Notes: a model not told the origin generated them from the sequence alone. 64,000 nucleotides of DNA from Squalus acanthias (GCA_030390025.1 CM059433.1:11596001-11660000); one strand, 5' to 3'; counted from the stretch's first letter, positions 35,610 to 49,274 are shown. A program made the numbers and translations.

Positions 35610-38140
35610 TCAATAGATTGGGAAATTAGATTAAAAGGTATGACGGTAGATAAGCAGTGGCAAACATTTAAAGAAATATTCCAAAATTCTCAACGAATAT
35701 ACATTCCATTGAGAAATAAAAACTCCACGGGAAAAGTGATCCATCCGTGGCTAACTAAAGAAGTTAAGGATAGTATTAGATTAAAAGAAGAGGCTTATAA
35801 TGTTGCAAAGAATAGTAGTAAGCCTGAGGATTAGGAGAACTTTAGAAACTAGCAAAGGATGACCAAAAAATTGATAAAAAGGGAGAAAATAGAATATGAG
35901 GGTAAATTAGCAAGAAATATAAAAATTGTAAGAGCTTCTACAAGTATGTAAAAAGGAAGAGAGTAGCAAAAGTAAGCATTGGCCCCTTAGAGGCTGAGAC
36001 AGGAGAAATTATAATGGGGAATAAGGAAATGGCAGAGACTTTAAACAAATATTTTGGGCTGGCTTTTCCAAGCCCCGAGGAGGCGGGCATGCAAGGCGGG
36101 ACAGCCGGTAAAGTAGCAGAAAGTGGGGGCGGATGGCAAACCCACCCCCATCCCACCCCTGTGCCCTTTTGCCAGGAGGCGGGAAGATGTGCTGCTTCGG
36201 GTCCCGTCTCCTGGAGGCGGGAAAGGCATTTAATCCTTTCAACAGAAAAAAGGATTAGTGCCATTTTACCTTCACAGGTGAAGGCTTCCCGACCTCGGAG
36301 AACCCCATCAGGTTGGAGGAGACATGAAGGAGGTCTGCGACAGTCAGAGGCACCTGGAAGTAAGATGTAGAGGTGAGCGATGGGTGCAAGTGTGGAGTGG
36401 TAAGTATGTAAGGTGAGTGATAAGTGTAAAAAAATGTTCACTTACCTTGTTTTCTTCCTACAGCCTTCAGCCGCGCTGGATCGGGAGACCCGACATCCTC
36501 CTTGTCAATTTCACAGACTGGCTGTTGGATCCTCCGAACCAACAGCCATGTGAAATCGACAAAGTAGAAAGGTTTGGTGAGTCCTGAACACAAGGAATCA
36601 TCAAACTACAGAGAATGTCAGTGTTTGACAGCTTCACAGAGCTGACATGTCTTCTTCCAAGAAGTCTTGACAGATAGCACGTCTGACGTTGACGTGCTCT
36701 GTCAGTGACTTCCTCCCTAATTGGCCTGCTGAGCCCGCAAGGTGGGCTTAACAAGGTCAATCAGGGGAAAATCCCTCTGGTTGGTCAGACAAGGATGGAG
36801 GCAGGACATTGACACGACAAGCAGCAGTCCCGCCTCCAACTCGCCTCCATTCACAAAATCCAGCCCTTTGTATCTGTCTTCACAGTAGAAGGCACAAAAA
36901 GCAGACCAAAAATAATGGGGAACCAAGGGGCTAATAAGAGTGAGGAACTTAAAGTAATTAATATCAGTCGAGAAAAAGTACTTGAGAAACTAATGGGACT
37001 AAAAATCGACAAATCCCCTGGACTTAATGGCCTACATCCAAGGGTTCTAAAAGAGGTGGCTGTGGGGATAGTGGATGCATTGGTTGTGATCTTCCAAAAT
37101 TCCCTAGATTCTAGAATGGTCCCAGCAGATTGGAAGGTAGCAAATGTAACCCTGCTATTCAAGAAAGGAGAGAGAGAGAAAACAGGAAACTACAGGCCAC
37201 TTAGCCTGATATCAGTCTTAAGAACATAAGAAATAGGAGCAGGAGTAGGCCATTCAGCCCCTCGAGCCTGCTCCACCATTCAATAAGATCATGGCTGATC
37301 TGATCTTGGCCTCAACTCCACTTTCCTGCTCGCTCCCCATAACCCTTGACTCCCCTGTAGCTCAAATGTCTGTCTATCTCCACCTTGAATATATTCACTG
37401 ACTCCGCCTCCACAGCTCTCTGGGGCAGAGAATTCCAAAGATTCACGACCCTCTGAGAGAAGAAATTCCTCCTCATCTCCATCTTAAATGGGCGCCCCCT
37501 TACCCTGAAACTATGCCCCCTAGTTCTAGATTCCCCCACGAGGGGAAACATCCTCTCAGTATCTACCCTATCAAGCCCCCTCAGAATCTGATATGTTTCA
37601 ATAAGATCACCTCTCATTCTTCTAAACTCCAATGAGTATAGGCCCAACCTGCTCAACCTTTTCTCATAAGACAACCCCTTCATCTCAGGAATCAACCTAG
37701 TGAACCTTCTCTGAACACCCTCCAATGCAAGTATACCCCTCCTTAAATAAGGTGACCAAAACTGTACGCTGTACTCCAGGTGTGGTCTCACCAATACCTT
37801 GTACAGTTGTAGCAAGACTTCCCTACTTTTATACTCCATCCCCCTTGCAATAAAGGCCAACATTCTATTTGCCTTCCTAATTACTTGCCATACCTGCATG
37901 CTAACATTTTGTGTTTCATGTACAGATCCTTCTGTACCGCAGCATTCTGTAGTCTCTCTCCATTTAAATAATATTTTTCTTTTTTATTCTTCCTACAAAA
38001 GTGGATAACCTCACATTTTCCCACATTATACTCCATCTGCCAAATTTTTGCCCACTTACTTAACCTATCTATATCCCGGGAAAATGCTGGAATCCATTAC
38101 TAAGGAAGTGGTAACAGGGTACATAGAAAATCATAATCCT
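35610..38140. mobile_element. CR1 ORF2 middle fragment (plus) interrupted by a MITE and a minus-strand CR1 3' copy (37218-38070)
   Basis: PWLTKEVK, KSPGLNGLHPRVLKEV and GNYRPLSL on plus; ORF 37312-37899 on minus. Confidence 0.88.
36056..36866. mobile_element. Harbinger-like MITE with TTT TSD
   Basis: TIRs gggctggctttt / aaaatccagccc; the CR1 sequence aaatattttgtatctgtc is restored on removal. Confidence 0.85.
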
Positions 38141-39997
38141 AGGGATCGATCTCACTCCTTTCCCCAGGGTCGGGGATTGGACCCCCCCCCCCCCAACCAT
38201 CCTGGGCCCAGGCTGATCTCGGGCGGGGAACCCGTCTTTTCCATCGCACGCACGTTGTCACGCCATCTCCCGGGTCCCCCTGCACTGTGCGGGTGGGACC
38301 TGGGAAAACCCAGCCCTTAGTGTCCAGAGAGAAATAGGTGTCCTCGTACAGGAAACACCGAGAGTTAGCATGCAGATACAGCAACAATTTATGCCCACTG
38401 GGGACACCCCAGGAAATTCCTCACATAATGGGTCTCCTTCCTATTTCCTCTTTAGTGTGCCTGCCAGTATCAATTTGTCAGGCACAGTAAGAAAAATCCA
38501 CCTATGATACATAATTACATATTCTAGCCACCTTATGAATTATTTTTTAATGAAATTGAATATTAGTCTATGAAATTTCTTTTCAATAATTAGATTTTTT
38601 AAATTCCCAAATGGAACTATTCTGTAATAAAACGGGCTTTTTATTGCTTTTTTCTTTACAGGGGGTATTTTTTGAATAACTTGCTCTCCCTTTTTTTAAC
38701 CTCTTCTTGCCTGACACCTCTGCAGCCTGTTTCCGATGTAGTCAGCTGCTAGAAGGCGCTCAATTATTACTCCGCTCTCCAATCCCTCCCCCCCAACCCC
38801 CCGCCACTTAGTGCTTCGATGCTCAAAACTCTTCAGATCAGAACTGAGCAGAATGGGTCACTACTGTTGTATTGTGCTACTTTACTACACGCAATATTTG
38901 GCCTCGAAATTCGAGTAGGCCGGAAACCTGCCGGTGCCACCAGGGGCCGAAGTTAACGGCCGCCCGCAATAATAGCGCAGGCAGCATCGGTATTTTGGTG
39001 CTGCCTGCTGATTAACGTTAGTGCAGCGCAAAACCTGGAGTGCAACGCTCTTTTTCCAGCAGTAGTCTCAGCAGGAAGCCCAGTGTAACGTGGCCGTAGC
39101 GTCCCTGGAGCGAGGCAGCGTTGTCTTAAAAGGAGACTGTCATTTTAGAAAGCAATGTCGATCCCTTAAAGGGGAACTGCCTTCTAAAATGAAGAAAATA
39201 AAAATCATTTAAAAATAGTCAGCCTTTAGCCCTTAGAGGTTAACTGCCTCCTGAAAAAATAACTTAAAAATAATTCCGAAATGGCAGTCTTCAGCTCTTA
39301 AAGCTGAACTGCCTGCTGCATGTACAAAATGGTAAAAGTGCTTCAGCACAAACACAAATGGCTCACCAAGCCAGGGAAGGGGCTCCCAGGGTCTCGCACG
39401 CCGCACTCCAGCTTTGTGCAGGGGGTCAACACTGCAAGAGAGGTCCTCTACCCACAGGGGCCAGGAGGCCCTCCAGAAAGAACGATGTGGGACCAGATCG
39501 CCAAGGCCATCATGGCCAGCAGTGTCACCCCCACGACCGGGTTCCAATGCCCAAAGAATCTTCATGACCTCATACCAGTGGTCATGGTCAGTGAATGCAT
39601 CTTCAAAAGCCGTCTCCTGCCACCTGCACCACTAGCCTCACACACTGCTCATTGCATGACCACCGGCCCCTCCCCAGTCACTCACCTACCAACAATCTGC
39701 ACCAATCACGAGGCACATCTCCTATTCCTAGCCTCACCTCACCCCCTTGGAGGAGACAGCGCAGACCATTCTTGGCAGGGGCATGGCTGAGCCCTTGTCC
39801 AGCGGCAGGGCTGCAAGGATACAAGATGCTGGTATCCTCATACATTATCCTCCTTCTGGCATGCACCTCTTGCTTTCCCGCCCTCTCGTCACCACAACTC
39901 CACCCTTGTGCCTTCCTCATTTCACACTCCCAAGAAATGCAGCCTGCCCAGCCAGTGGTTGATCAAGAAGAGGGAGAGGAGAGTGAAGAAGAAGAAG

Positions 39998-40205
39998 AAA
40001 CAACAGAAAATGCTGGAAGCACTCAGCAGGTCAGGCAGCACCCGTGGAGAGAGGAACAGAGTTAACGTTTCAGGTCTGTGGCCCTTCATCAGAACTGAAA
40101 TGTTAACTCTGTTTCTCTCTCCACGGATGCTGCCTGACCTGCTGAGTGGTTCCAGCGCTTTCTGTTGTTATTTCAGATTTCCAATACCTGCAGTATTTTG
40201 GTATT
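39998..40205. mobile_element. Inverted pair of PLE family A ends
   Basis: About 75-bp arms at 39999-40073 and 40095-40169 are reverse complements; a hammerhead motif lies on minus across the centre. Confidence 0.8.
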
Positions 40206-40540
40206 GTAAGAAAAAGAAGAAGATTGATTTGACACTCCCAGCCACCAGCTCCCCAAGGTCAACCAGCAAGGACATTTGCAGTGTCCCCCACTGAAAGTCA
40301 GCAGCCTTCCACCAGCCATGCTGCAGCCACGGGGGTAGCACTGTGTGACATCAGGCACACAAAAGACACTCACTAAGAGAATGCATACGGGTGATGAGTT
40401 GATTTCTTCATGTTACATTGGATGGATAGACATAAATAAGTGGATTGGAAAGTTTGCTCCGTGGTGGCTTTTGTTTCAGTATTGTAGCCAAGAGGACCCT
40501 GTGATGGTCAGTAACAGAGGGAAGGTAAGGTGTGGGACAA

Positions 40541-40845
40541 AGGTGGCATAGTGGTTAGCACTGTTGCCTCACAGCGCCAGGGACCCGGGTTCGAATCCAG
40601 CCTCGGATGACTGTCTGTGTGGAGTTTGCACATTCTCCCCGTGTCGGTTTGGGTTTTCTCCGGGTGCTCCGGTTTCCTCCCACAGTCCAAAGATGTGCGG
40701 GTTAGGTTGATTTGGCTATGATAAATTGACCCTCAGTGTTAGGGGGGATTAAATACGTGGGGATAGGGTGGGATATGTGTCAGTGCAGGCTCGATGGGCC
40801 GAAATGGCCTCTATCTGCACTGTGGGGATTCTGTGATTCTGTGGG
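40541..40845 (+). mobile_element. HE1-type V-SINE
   Basis: tRNA head (tggcatagtgg, ggttcgaatcc), V-domain tgtgtggagtttgcacattctcccc...ggtttcctcccacagtccaaaga, CR1-like tail. Confidence 0.85.
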
Positions 40846-42659
40846 GTTGTGGGATTCACTGGGACCGCAGTCGGATGATTCCATCCCACATATCCTGGCT
40901 ACAAAGTGGCTGTCTGGGATGCATCCTTCCATCTGCTCATATCTCTTCTGTGTTCTCCCCTTCCCTCTGGGAGCAGATGCTGTCAATCTGAAATGACAGC
41001 ATAAAATGTTGGAAATACTCGGCTGGTCAGACATCATCTCGACCTGAGACAGGAACTCTGTTTTTCTCTACACGGATTTTGCCTCACTTGCTGAGTATTT
41101 CCAGCATTTTCCGTCTTCTCAAAGGCCTTCATTTACCATCCGAGCCCTTGCAAGCGTCCAGCAGCACTCCCTACACACTTAAAAAACTTTTAACATCTAT
41201 TTCAGCAAGCCACCACTTCAGGGTCGCAGTTCGCGTTGGTGACATTAAGTCGGCATTGCACGCCGATCGACATCAACACGCTGACATTTTTTCCAGCTTG
41301 GCACAGCCAGTTACCGGCAGCTTAAAGGTAAGCATGAAAAGGGCGGCCACCTGCGGGACCCGCCAACAGCTGGCGAAAGAGCGGCGGCCAGCATTTTAGC
41401 GCCACTTAATGGTCAAGTCAGGCTTTGCACACTGATTGAGGTCACAATCTGCTAATTTATATTTCGGGGGCCAGCGCTGTCAACGGCAAGATTATGGTCT
41501 TTACCAAAATGGCGGCCGCCGTGTCCCGCGCCGGAGGCAGCCGAAGCGAGGTGGCCGGCATTCTCTTCCAGAGAACCAGCATTAACGGCCGGTGCTCAAA
41601 TAAGAAATTTCTAGGCCTTTGTTTGTTAGGTGGTCCAGGAAACGAGATATATCACAATATTCCCCACAGGTCAGGTCTACTGACAGAATGACCATCCCCT
41701 ATGTCATTCCATAGATGGCAAAGTCAGCAGCCTACACATGTCGGAGAAACATCGGCCCTTAGGATCATATGACATGCTGCAGCAGCCCTGAACATTAGCC
41801 ATGGAAAAAAAAATTGGATATTGAAAAACTCTTTCCAGCACGCAGACCTCCGGAATTTCCCTGGGGAACACATAATAACTTAAAGCATTCCTCACATCCA
41901 CTTGGAAATTCTCATTCTGTTAATTAACACGTTGAGGCAGAGCTTGGGTGACGGTCATTAGTTTAGAAGATTTTGAAGTAGCCACACTGTAGGGCCATGA
42001 GGAAATTGGTGGATGGATCATTCTCTGATGTAAATGCTAACCAAGCAATTATGAAACTCAACTATGATGAAACCGCTAAAGTGAAACATATTAAAGGGTT
42101 TGTTCAGTGATGTGGAGATTTTGCTTTAACATCATCCAAATGCTGGTATTTCACGTGACAAATAACCCTCTTAGAATGTGATTAAAACTTGATATACAGT
42201 ACCATCGTGCATTCATGAGAAGAACTTTTTGTAACCAATTACGCAGAGCGCCACATCACGCCATCAGAAGTTACCTTCTCCTAAGTCAACTCTAATGACA
42301 GTTCCAGAATAGCTTTCAGAACTGATTCTGCAATGGACCAATAGTTGTAAGTGACGTAAGAAAACTACTAGGCACTTGGTCTAAGCGTTAAACAAAGCTT
42401 TAATCAACTGTTTTTCAACATGGAGATCTAGTTGTGTCCTTCACTCGTTCCTGTTGAGGAATGTCCTGAGCAAGCTGGGCCCATGCCCGAGTATGTATAC
42501 TCTCCCTGGACAGCGCCACCAGCAGGCCGCCCAGTATTACTTCATACATGAATGACAAGATTCATGTCAGTAAGTATGAGTTAAAACTGACTATAAATTA
42601 CTGTTGCTGAGAATACTGAATGAACACTTAACATATTTTTATGACATTCCTCTGTCTAC

Positions 42660-44740
42660 AATATAGAAACATAGAAAAATAGGAGCAGGAGTAGGCCATT
42701 CGGCCCTTCGAGCTTGCTCCACCATTCAATATGATCATGGCTGATCCTCTATCTCAATACCATATTCCCGCTCTCTCCCCATACCCCTTGACGCCTTTTG
42801 CGTCTAGAAATCTATCTATCTCCTTTGTAAGGGTTTTTGTCTCTCAGCCTGTGAGATTCGTGTGGCTCTGTGCAGCCTGGATGCTAGTGCGAGGTTAGGC
42901 CTTGTTGCCTGTTCTGGTCTCCAGCCAGTCTGGGAGCACTAGACACACCTGTGAGTGGTTCGACCCACTCGCCCTTACGGTTCTAGACACTGGACTTAGA
43001 TGCGAGAGCAATAATGGAGATGAAACTCAGGTAGACTCGGTTGAATGGTACGAAATGGAAAATCTTTATTGCATATTATTTAAGATTACGAAATACATGT
43101 CATAAGCACAGATTAATGACAGTACAATCTTACACGCAGTTATGTAATTAATTTCAGGGAAACGAGGAACGAACGACACATCGTAAATGGGGGCACACAT
43201 TACAATTATCCTTAATACTTAAAACCCTCCCCTATCAATATCTGTCCTAAGCTAGATTCGTAGGATTCGAGACTCATGCTCACCACTCGTGATAACTCGG
43301 AGAATTCCGAAAACTCTGATCGGATGTTTTTCACCGCAGCGCCCATGTGTCGATCAGGGGGTCTCCTGGCCCCACTTGTTTACTCGTTTCTGCTCCGGCT
43401 AGCAGGCTGGAACGTCTGCTGTCATGAAGATCTGTGTTGTCCTCGGAGTTCCGACTCTACTCAAAAAAGAGTCTTCCTGTGCCCTCGCACTGATGCGATA
43501 AAATTCGAAGAATAGTCTTCCTGTGTCAGTTCTGTAGAACTCAAAGAAGTCTTCCTGGCAAGGCTATTCGACCTACAGGCGCGGTCGGGGCTTACTGACC
43601 GTGGCGATAAGTATGGTCTTCTTCTCTTTTCATCTCATCTCATCTCATCTCATCTCATCTCGGGCCTTCGGTTCCAACACCGTTTACCGACTTATCGGGA
43701 TGGTGCGCCCGCTTCAAGGCTTCAGAGCCCAGTTCTACACAGGTCTTCGCGACACGACACGAGGTAGATCCGAGCGGATCATAAAGTTCAACAGTCTTAT
43801 GAAAAGAGACACGAGGCAAGCAGGAACAAAACGGCGAGTCAAGAGCAGCCACGAGGATAAACACCAGTAGGATAAGAGTCAACCGAATAAGAGAAAAATG
43901 GACGGTTTGGAGCTTGCAATTATAGTGCAAAATCTTCCGTTTCCCGCCCAACCTTAATGTCTTTCCTTTTGTTAGGGTTTGGCGCTCAAATGTCTTGTAT
44001 AGGGTGATCTTCATTTTAATGGGTTTCGGGGCTACTCGTAATTGTCTGAGTACCTGTTAATATTTCTCCCATTGTTTAATCGGTCGGTGTTCTCCCTGGA
44101 GGGGTTTTGGGGCTACCAAGTGTTTTCTGTAACTACCCGCTAATGGCTCTCTCATCGTAGAGTCGTTGGGATTTTACATATTAATGTCTTTGGATGGGTT
44201 CTTGATTACTTGGTACAACAGCCCTCATTCGCACCTGGGAGACCGATTTCAGTATTTATGTGTATACTGTGAACCCATGATGTCTCGTGTATTATCTTCA
44301 ATGTGCTGAGTCTTAATTGATCTTGCACAAATGTTTATTGGAACGCCATCTTGTCTGCCTGTTGAAAAAGTCTAGAATGTTCTGCCACGAGGCGTGGCGG
44401 CCATTTTACAAGCTGCTTGTGTCCACTTTGAAAACCTGACAGCATTCTGCTGAAATAAAAGCTGTTTGAACGAAACTATGTGTTCTTCTCCTTATTAATA
44501 AAATCGCGATATATTGCGAATTCTACACCTTCTTAAATGTATTCAGTGACTTGGCCTCCACAGCCTTCTGTGGTAGAGAATTCCACAGGTTCACCACCCT
44601 CTGAGTGAAGAAATTTCTCCTCATCTCAGTCCTAAATGTCCTACCCCGTATCCTGAGACTGTGACCCCTCGTTCTCAACCCCCCAGCCAGGGGAAACATC
44701 TTCCCTGCATCCAGTCTGTCTAGCCCTGTCAGAATTATAT
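42660..44740 (-). mobile_element. CR1 3' fragment split by a solo LTR
   Basis: Tail at 42660-42825 continues at 44528-44740. Confidence 0.88.
42826..44527. mobile_element. Solo LTR, 1702 bp
   Basis: TGTA...TACA termini; 4-bp TSD CCTT at 42822-42825 and 44528-44531; no recognisable retroviral ORF. Confidence 0.85.
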
Positions 44741-45185
44741 TACCACACAGAGGTGTTAACTTGCTTAAGATGAACAGATCTAAATTTCACCAAGCTGGCT
44801 AAAAGTCCAATGCTCTGGTGGCAGATCTGTCTCGGGCTGCCATGTTACAATGTTTTTAAAAGTGATTCTCATTTAAAAATGTGCATGATTAAATCTGAAC
44901 TGCCACAACCTTTGCTGCTGTCTTTTTAAAATGCCCCAGTAAATTCTTTGAGTAGAAATACATCCTCCACTGGACCCTTACGGTGGATGACTGCTGCCTT
45001 GTATCAGAAAGCTGCACCCTCAGTTGGTTATGACTGTAGCTTCTGCACAAGCCGCAACAATCAGAAAGCTTCATCTCATCAGTGGCTGCTCAAGGTAACA
45101 GGCGAGCGTTGATAAATCCATTTACATGCTCGTGGTGTATTGACTGTTTAATTGATTGGGCTCACAGTCATTGCTTCCATAGAGA

Positions 45186-45630
45186 GAACATAAGAACATA
45201 AGAAATAGGAGCAGGAGAAGGCCTTTTGGCCCCTCGAGCCTGCTCCGCCATTCAATATGATCATGGCTGATCTTCTACCTCATCTCCACTTTCCTGCACT
45301 ATCCCCATATCCCTTGATTCTCTTAATATCCAAAAATCTATCGATCTCTGTCTTGAATATACTCAACGACTGAGCCTCCACAGCCCTCTGGGGCAGAGAA
45401 TTCCAAAGATTCACCACCCTCTGAGTGAAGAAATTTCTCCTCATCTCAGTCCTAAATGGCCGACCCCTTATTCTGAGACTGTGACTCCTGGTTCTAGACT
45501 CCGCAGCCAGAGGGAAACATCCTCCCTGTATCTACCCTGTCAAGTCCTGTGAGAATTTTGTATGTTTCAATGAGATCACCTCTCATTCTTCTAAACTCTA
45601 CAGAAGATAGGCCTAGTCTACTCAATCTAC
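45186..45630 (-). mobile_element. CR1 3' fragment
   Basis: (aagaacat)n tail and RT C-terminal homology. Confidence 0.88.
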
Positions 45631-45789
45631 ACTGACAGCTATAATAATCAAAGACCTAATGGGTCTCTTCTATACTTCATTTTATTGTGTTTCTTTTGAA
45701 AATTGAATTTTCAAGGCTTTTCATGCATGTATTTTATGTAGTCAGTGTACATTTTGGCTACAGTGTTTGTGGGACAAATGCATCATTAC

Positions 45790-46334
45790 ATGGTGCTGCA
45801 CAGGCTGGGAGGAAAAAGAGTGGAAGAGCTATAGTGATAGGGGACTCAATTGTACGGGGAATAGATAGGCGTTTCTGCGGCCGCAACCGAGACTCCAGGA
45901 TGGTGTGTTGCCTCCCTGGTGCAAGGGTCAAGGACGTCTCGGAGCGGCTACAGAACATTTTGGAGGGGGAGGGCGAATAGCCAGCTGTCGTGGTGCACAT
46001 AGGCACCAACGATATAGGTAAAAAAGGGGATGAGGTCCTAAAAGCAGAATATAGGGAGTTAGGAGGTAAATTAAAAAATAGGACCTCAAAGGTAATAATC
46101 TCAGGATTGCTACCAGTGCCACGTGCTAGTCAGAGTAGAAATAGGAGGATATTTCAAATGAATACGTGGCTAGAGGAATGGTGCAAGGGGGAGGGATTCA
46201 AATTCCTGGGACATTGGAACCGGTTCTGGGGGAGGTGGGACCAGTACAAACTGGACGGTCTGCACCTGGGCAGGGCCGGGACCGCTGTCCTAGGGGGAGT
46301 GTTTGCTAGTGCTGTTGGGGAGGATTTAAACTAA
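45790..46334 (+). pseudogene. CR1 ORF1 SGNH/GDSL esterase domain
   Basis: IVIGDSIVR, CLPGA, VHIGTND and DGLHL blocks; one in-frame TAG at 45978-45980. Confidence 0.9.
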
Positions 46335-49274
46335 TGTGGCAGGGGGTTGGGAACCTGAGCAGGGAGACAGAGGAAAGCATGTCAGGAAGGGACAGAAGGT
46401 ATGGAGTAAAAGGTAAAGTGTTAAATAAGGAAAAAGCAGGAAGTAAGTGTCGCAAAACACGTTTGAAAGTTCTTTATCTGAATGCACGTAGCATTCGTAA
46501 CAAAATGGACGAGTTAACGGCACAAATAACTATGTATGGGTTTGATCTTGTGGCCATTACAGAAACATGGCTGCAGGGTGACAACGTCTGGGAATTAAAT
46601 ATGCCAGGGTATTTAACAATCAGGAAGGACAGGCAGGAAGGAAGGGGAGGGGGGGTGGCTATGTTAATAAAGAAAGGAATCACTGTAATACAGAGAAATG
46701 ATATTGGGTCAAAAGATCAGGATAATGAAACAGTTTGGGTAGAGATTAGGAATAATAAGGGGAAAAAAACACTGGTGGGCGTAGTATATAGGCCTCCTAA
46801 TAGTTGCAACTCTGTTGGAAGAAGTATTAATCAGGAAATAGTTGGGGCATGTAATAAGGGAACAGCTATAATTATGGGGGATTTTAACTATCATATTACC
46901 TGGACAAATCAAATTGGGCAGGGCAGCCTTGAGGAAGAGTTTATTGAGTGTCTTAGGGATGGATTTCTTGAGCAGTATGTAACTGATCCTACAAGGGGGC
47001 AAGCAACCTTGGACCTGGTACTGTGTAATGAGTCTGGATTAATTAATAATGTCTTAGTTAAGGATCCCCTTGGAATGAGTGACCATAACATGGTTGAATT
47101 CCATATCCAATTAGAGGGTGAGAAGGTTGGTTCTCAAACAAGCGTACTGAGCTTGAATAAAGGAGACTATGATGGTATGAGAGCAGAATTGATTAAAGTG
47201 GACTGGGAAAATAGATTAAAGAGTAAGACGGTACATGAGCAGTGGTGTTCATTCAAGGAGTTATTTTACAACTTTCAAAATAAATATATTCCACTGAGGA
47301 AAAAAGGGTGTAAAAGAAATGACAGCCATCCATGGCTAAGTAAAGAAATTAAAGAAAGTATCCAACTAAAAACAAGGACATATAAGGTAGCCAAAGTTAG
47401 TGGGAGGATAGAAGATTGGGAAGTCTTCAAAAGACAACAAAAAGTAACTAAAGGATTGATTAAGAAAGGGAAAATAGACTATGAAAATAAATTAGCAAAA
47501 AATATAAAAACAGATAGCAAGAGTTTCTATAGTTAGATAAAAAGAAAAAGGCTGGTTAAGGCAAACGTAGGTCCCTTAGAGGATGAGACCGGGAAATTAA
47601 TGGGTGGGAAACATGGAGATGGCAAAAATGCTGAACAAATATTTTGTTTCAGTCTTTACGGTAGAGGACACTAAGAATATCCCAACACTGGACAAACAGG
47701 GGGCTCTAGTGGGGGAGGAGCTAAATACGATTAAAATTACTAAGGAATTGGTACTCAGTAAAATAATGGGACTCAAGGCGGATAAATCCCCTGGACCTGA
47801 TGGCTTACATCCTAGGGTCTTGAGAGAAGTGGCAGTAGGAATTGTGGATGCTTTGGTAATAATTTTCCAAAACTCCCTGAACTCAGCAAAGGTCCCAGCA
47901 GATTGGAAAACTGCTAATGTAACACCCTTATTTAAAAAGGGTAGTAGGCAGAAGGCTGGAAATTATAGACCAGTTAGCCTAACATCTGTGGTGGGTAAAA
48001 TTTTGGAGTCTATTATTAAGGAGACAGTAACGGAACATTTAGATAAACATAATTTAATAGGACAAAGTCAGCATGGCTTTATGAAGGGGAAGTCATGTCT
48101 GACAAATTTGCTCGAGTTCTTTGAGGACATAACGTATAGGGTGGATAAAGGGGAACCAGTGGATGTAGTGTATTTAGACTTCCAGAAGGCATTCGACAAG
48201 GTGCCACATAAAAGATTATTACTCAAGATAAAAAATCACTGGATTGGGGGTAATATTCTGGCATGGGTGGAGGATTGGTTATCTAACAGGAAGCAGAGAG
48301 TTGGGATAAATGGTTCATTCTCGGACTGGCAACCAGTAGCCAGTGGTGTTCCGCAGGGGTCGGTGCTGGGTCCCCAACTCTTTACAATCTATATTAACGA
48401 TTTGGAGGAGGGGACCGAGTGTAACATATCAAAGTTTGCAGATGATACAAAGATGGGAGGGAAAGTAGAGAGTGAGGAGGACATAAAAAACTTACAAGGG
48501 GATATAGACAGGCTGGGTGAGTGGGCAGAGATTTGGCAGATGCAATACAATATTGGAAAATGTGAGGTTATGCACTTTGGCAGGAAAAATCAGAGAGCAA
48601 GTTATTATCTTAATGGCGAGAAACTGGAAAGTACTGCAGTTCAAAGGGATCTGGGGGTCTTGGTGCAAGAAAATCAAAAAGTTAGTATACAGGTGCAGCA
48701 GGTGATCAAGAAAGCCAATGGAATGTTGGCTTTTATTGCTAGGGGGATAGAATATAAAAACAGGGAGGTATTGCTGCAGTTGTATAGGGTTTTGGTGAGA
48801 CCGCACCTGGAGTACTGCATACAGTTTTGGTGTCCATACTTAAGAAAAGACATACTTGCTCTCGAGGCAGTACAAAGAAGGTTCACTCGGTTAATTCCGG
48901 GGATGAGGGGGTGGACATACGAGGAGAGGTTGAGTAGATTGGGACTCTACTCATTGGAGTTCAGAAGAATGAGAGGCGATCTTATTGAAACATATAAGAT
49001 TGTGAAGGGGCTTCATCGGGTGGACGCGGTGAGGATGTTCCCAATGATGGGTGAAACTAGAACTAGGGGACATAATCTTAGAATAAGGGGTTCCTCTTTC
49101 AAAACTGAGATGAGGAGAAACTTTTTCACTCAGAGGGTAGTGGGTCTGTGGAATTTGCTACCCCAGGAAGCTGTGGAAGCTACTTCATTAAATAAATTTA
49201 AAACAGAAATAGACCGTTTCCTAGAAGTAAAGGGAATCAGGGGTTCCGGGGAGCGGGCTGGAAATTGGACATGA
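46334..49274 (+). pseudogene. CR1 ORF2 (APE endonuclease plus reverse transcriptase)
   Basis: YLNARS, ITETW, GDFN, SDH; YLDFQKAFDKV, GVPQGSVLGP, FADD. TAG at 47534-47536 and a frameshift near 47602. Confidence 0.95.

Larger units (their letters stand above)
38900..41617 (+). mobile_element. 2.7 kb non-autonomous Harbinger with Myb remnant and nested inserts
   Basis: TIRs ggcctcgaaatt / aatttctaggcc; TSD TTT; MWDQIAKAI...FQCPKNLHDL; strong similarity to 630-3721. Confidence 0.82.

Noticed and set aside
40541..40615. tRNA gene
   Set aside because: It is the tRNA-derived head of a SINE, followed by the V-domain. The same applies to the heads near 8975, 10110 and 12390.
43655..44014. 119-aa ORF with a hydrophobic stretch inside the LTR
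   Set aside because: No recognisable homology and a length compatible with chance; worth revisiting only if conserved across LTR copies.
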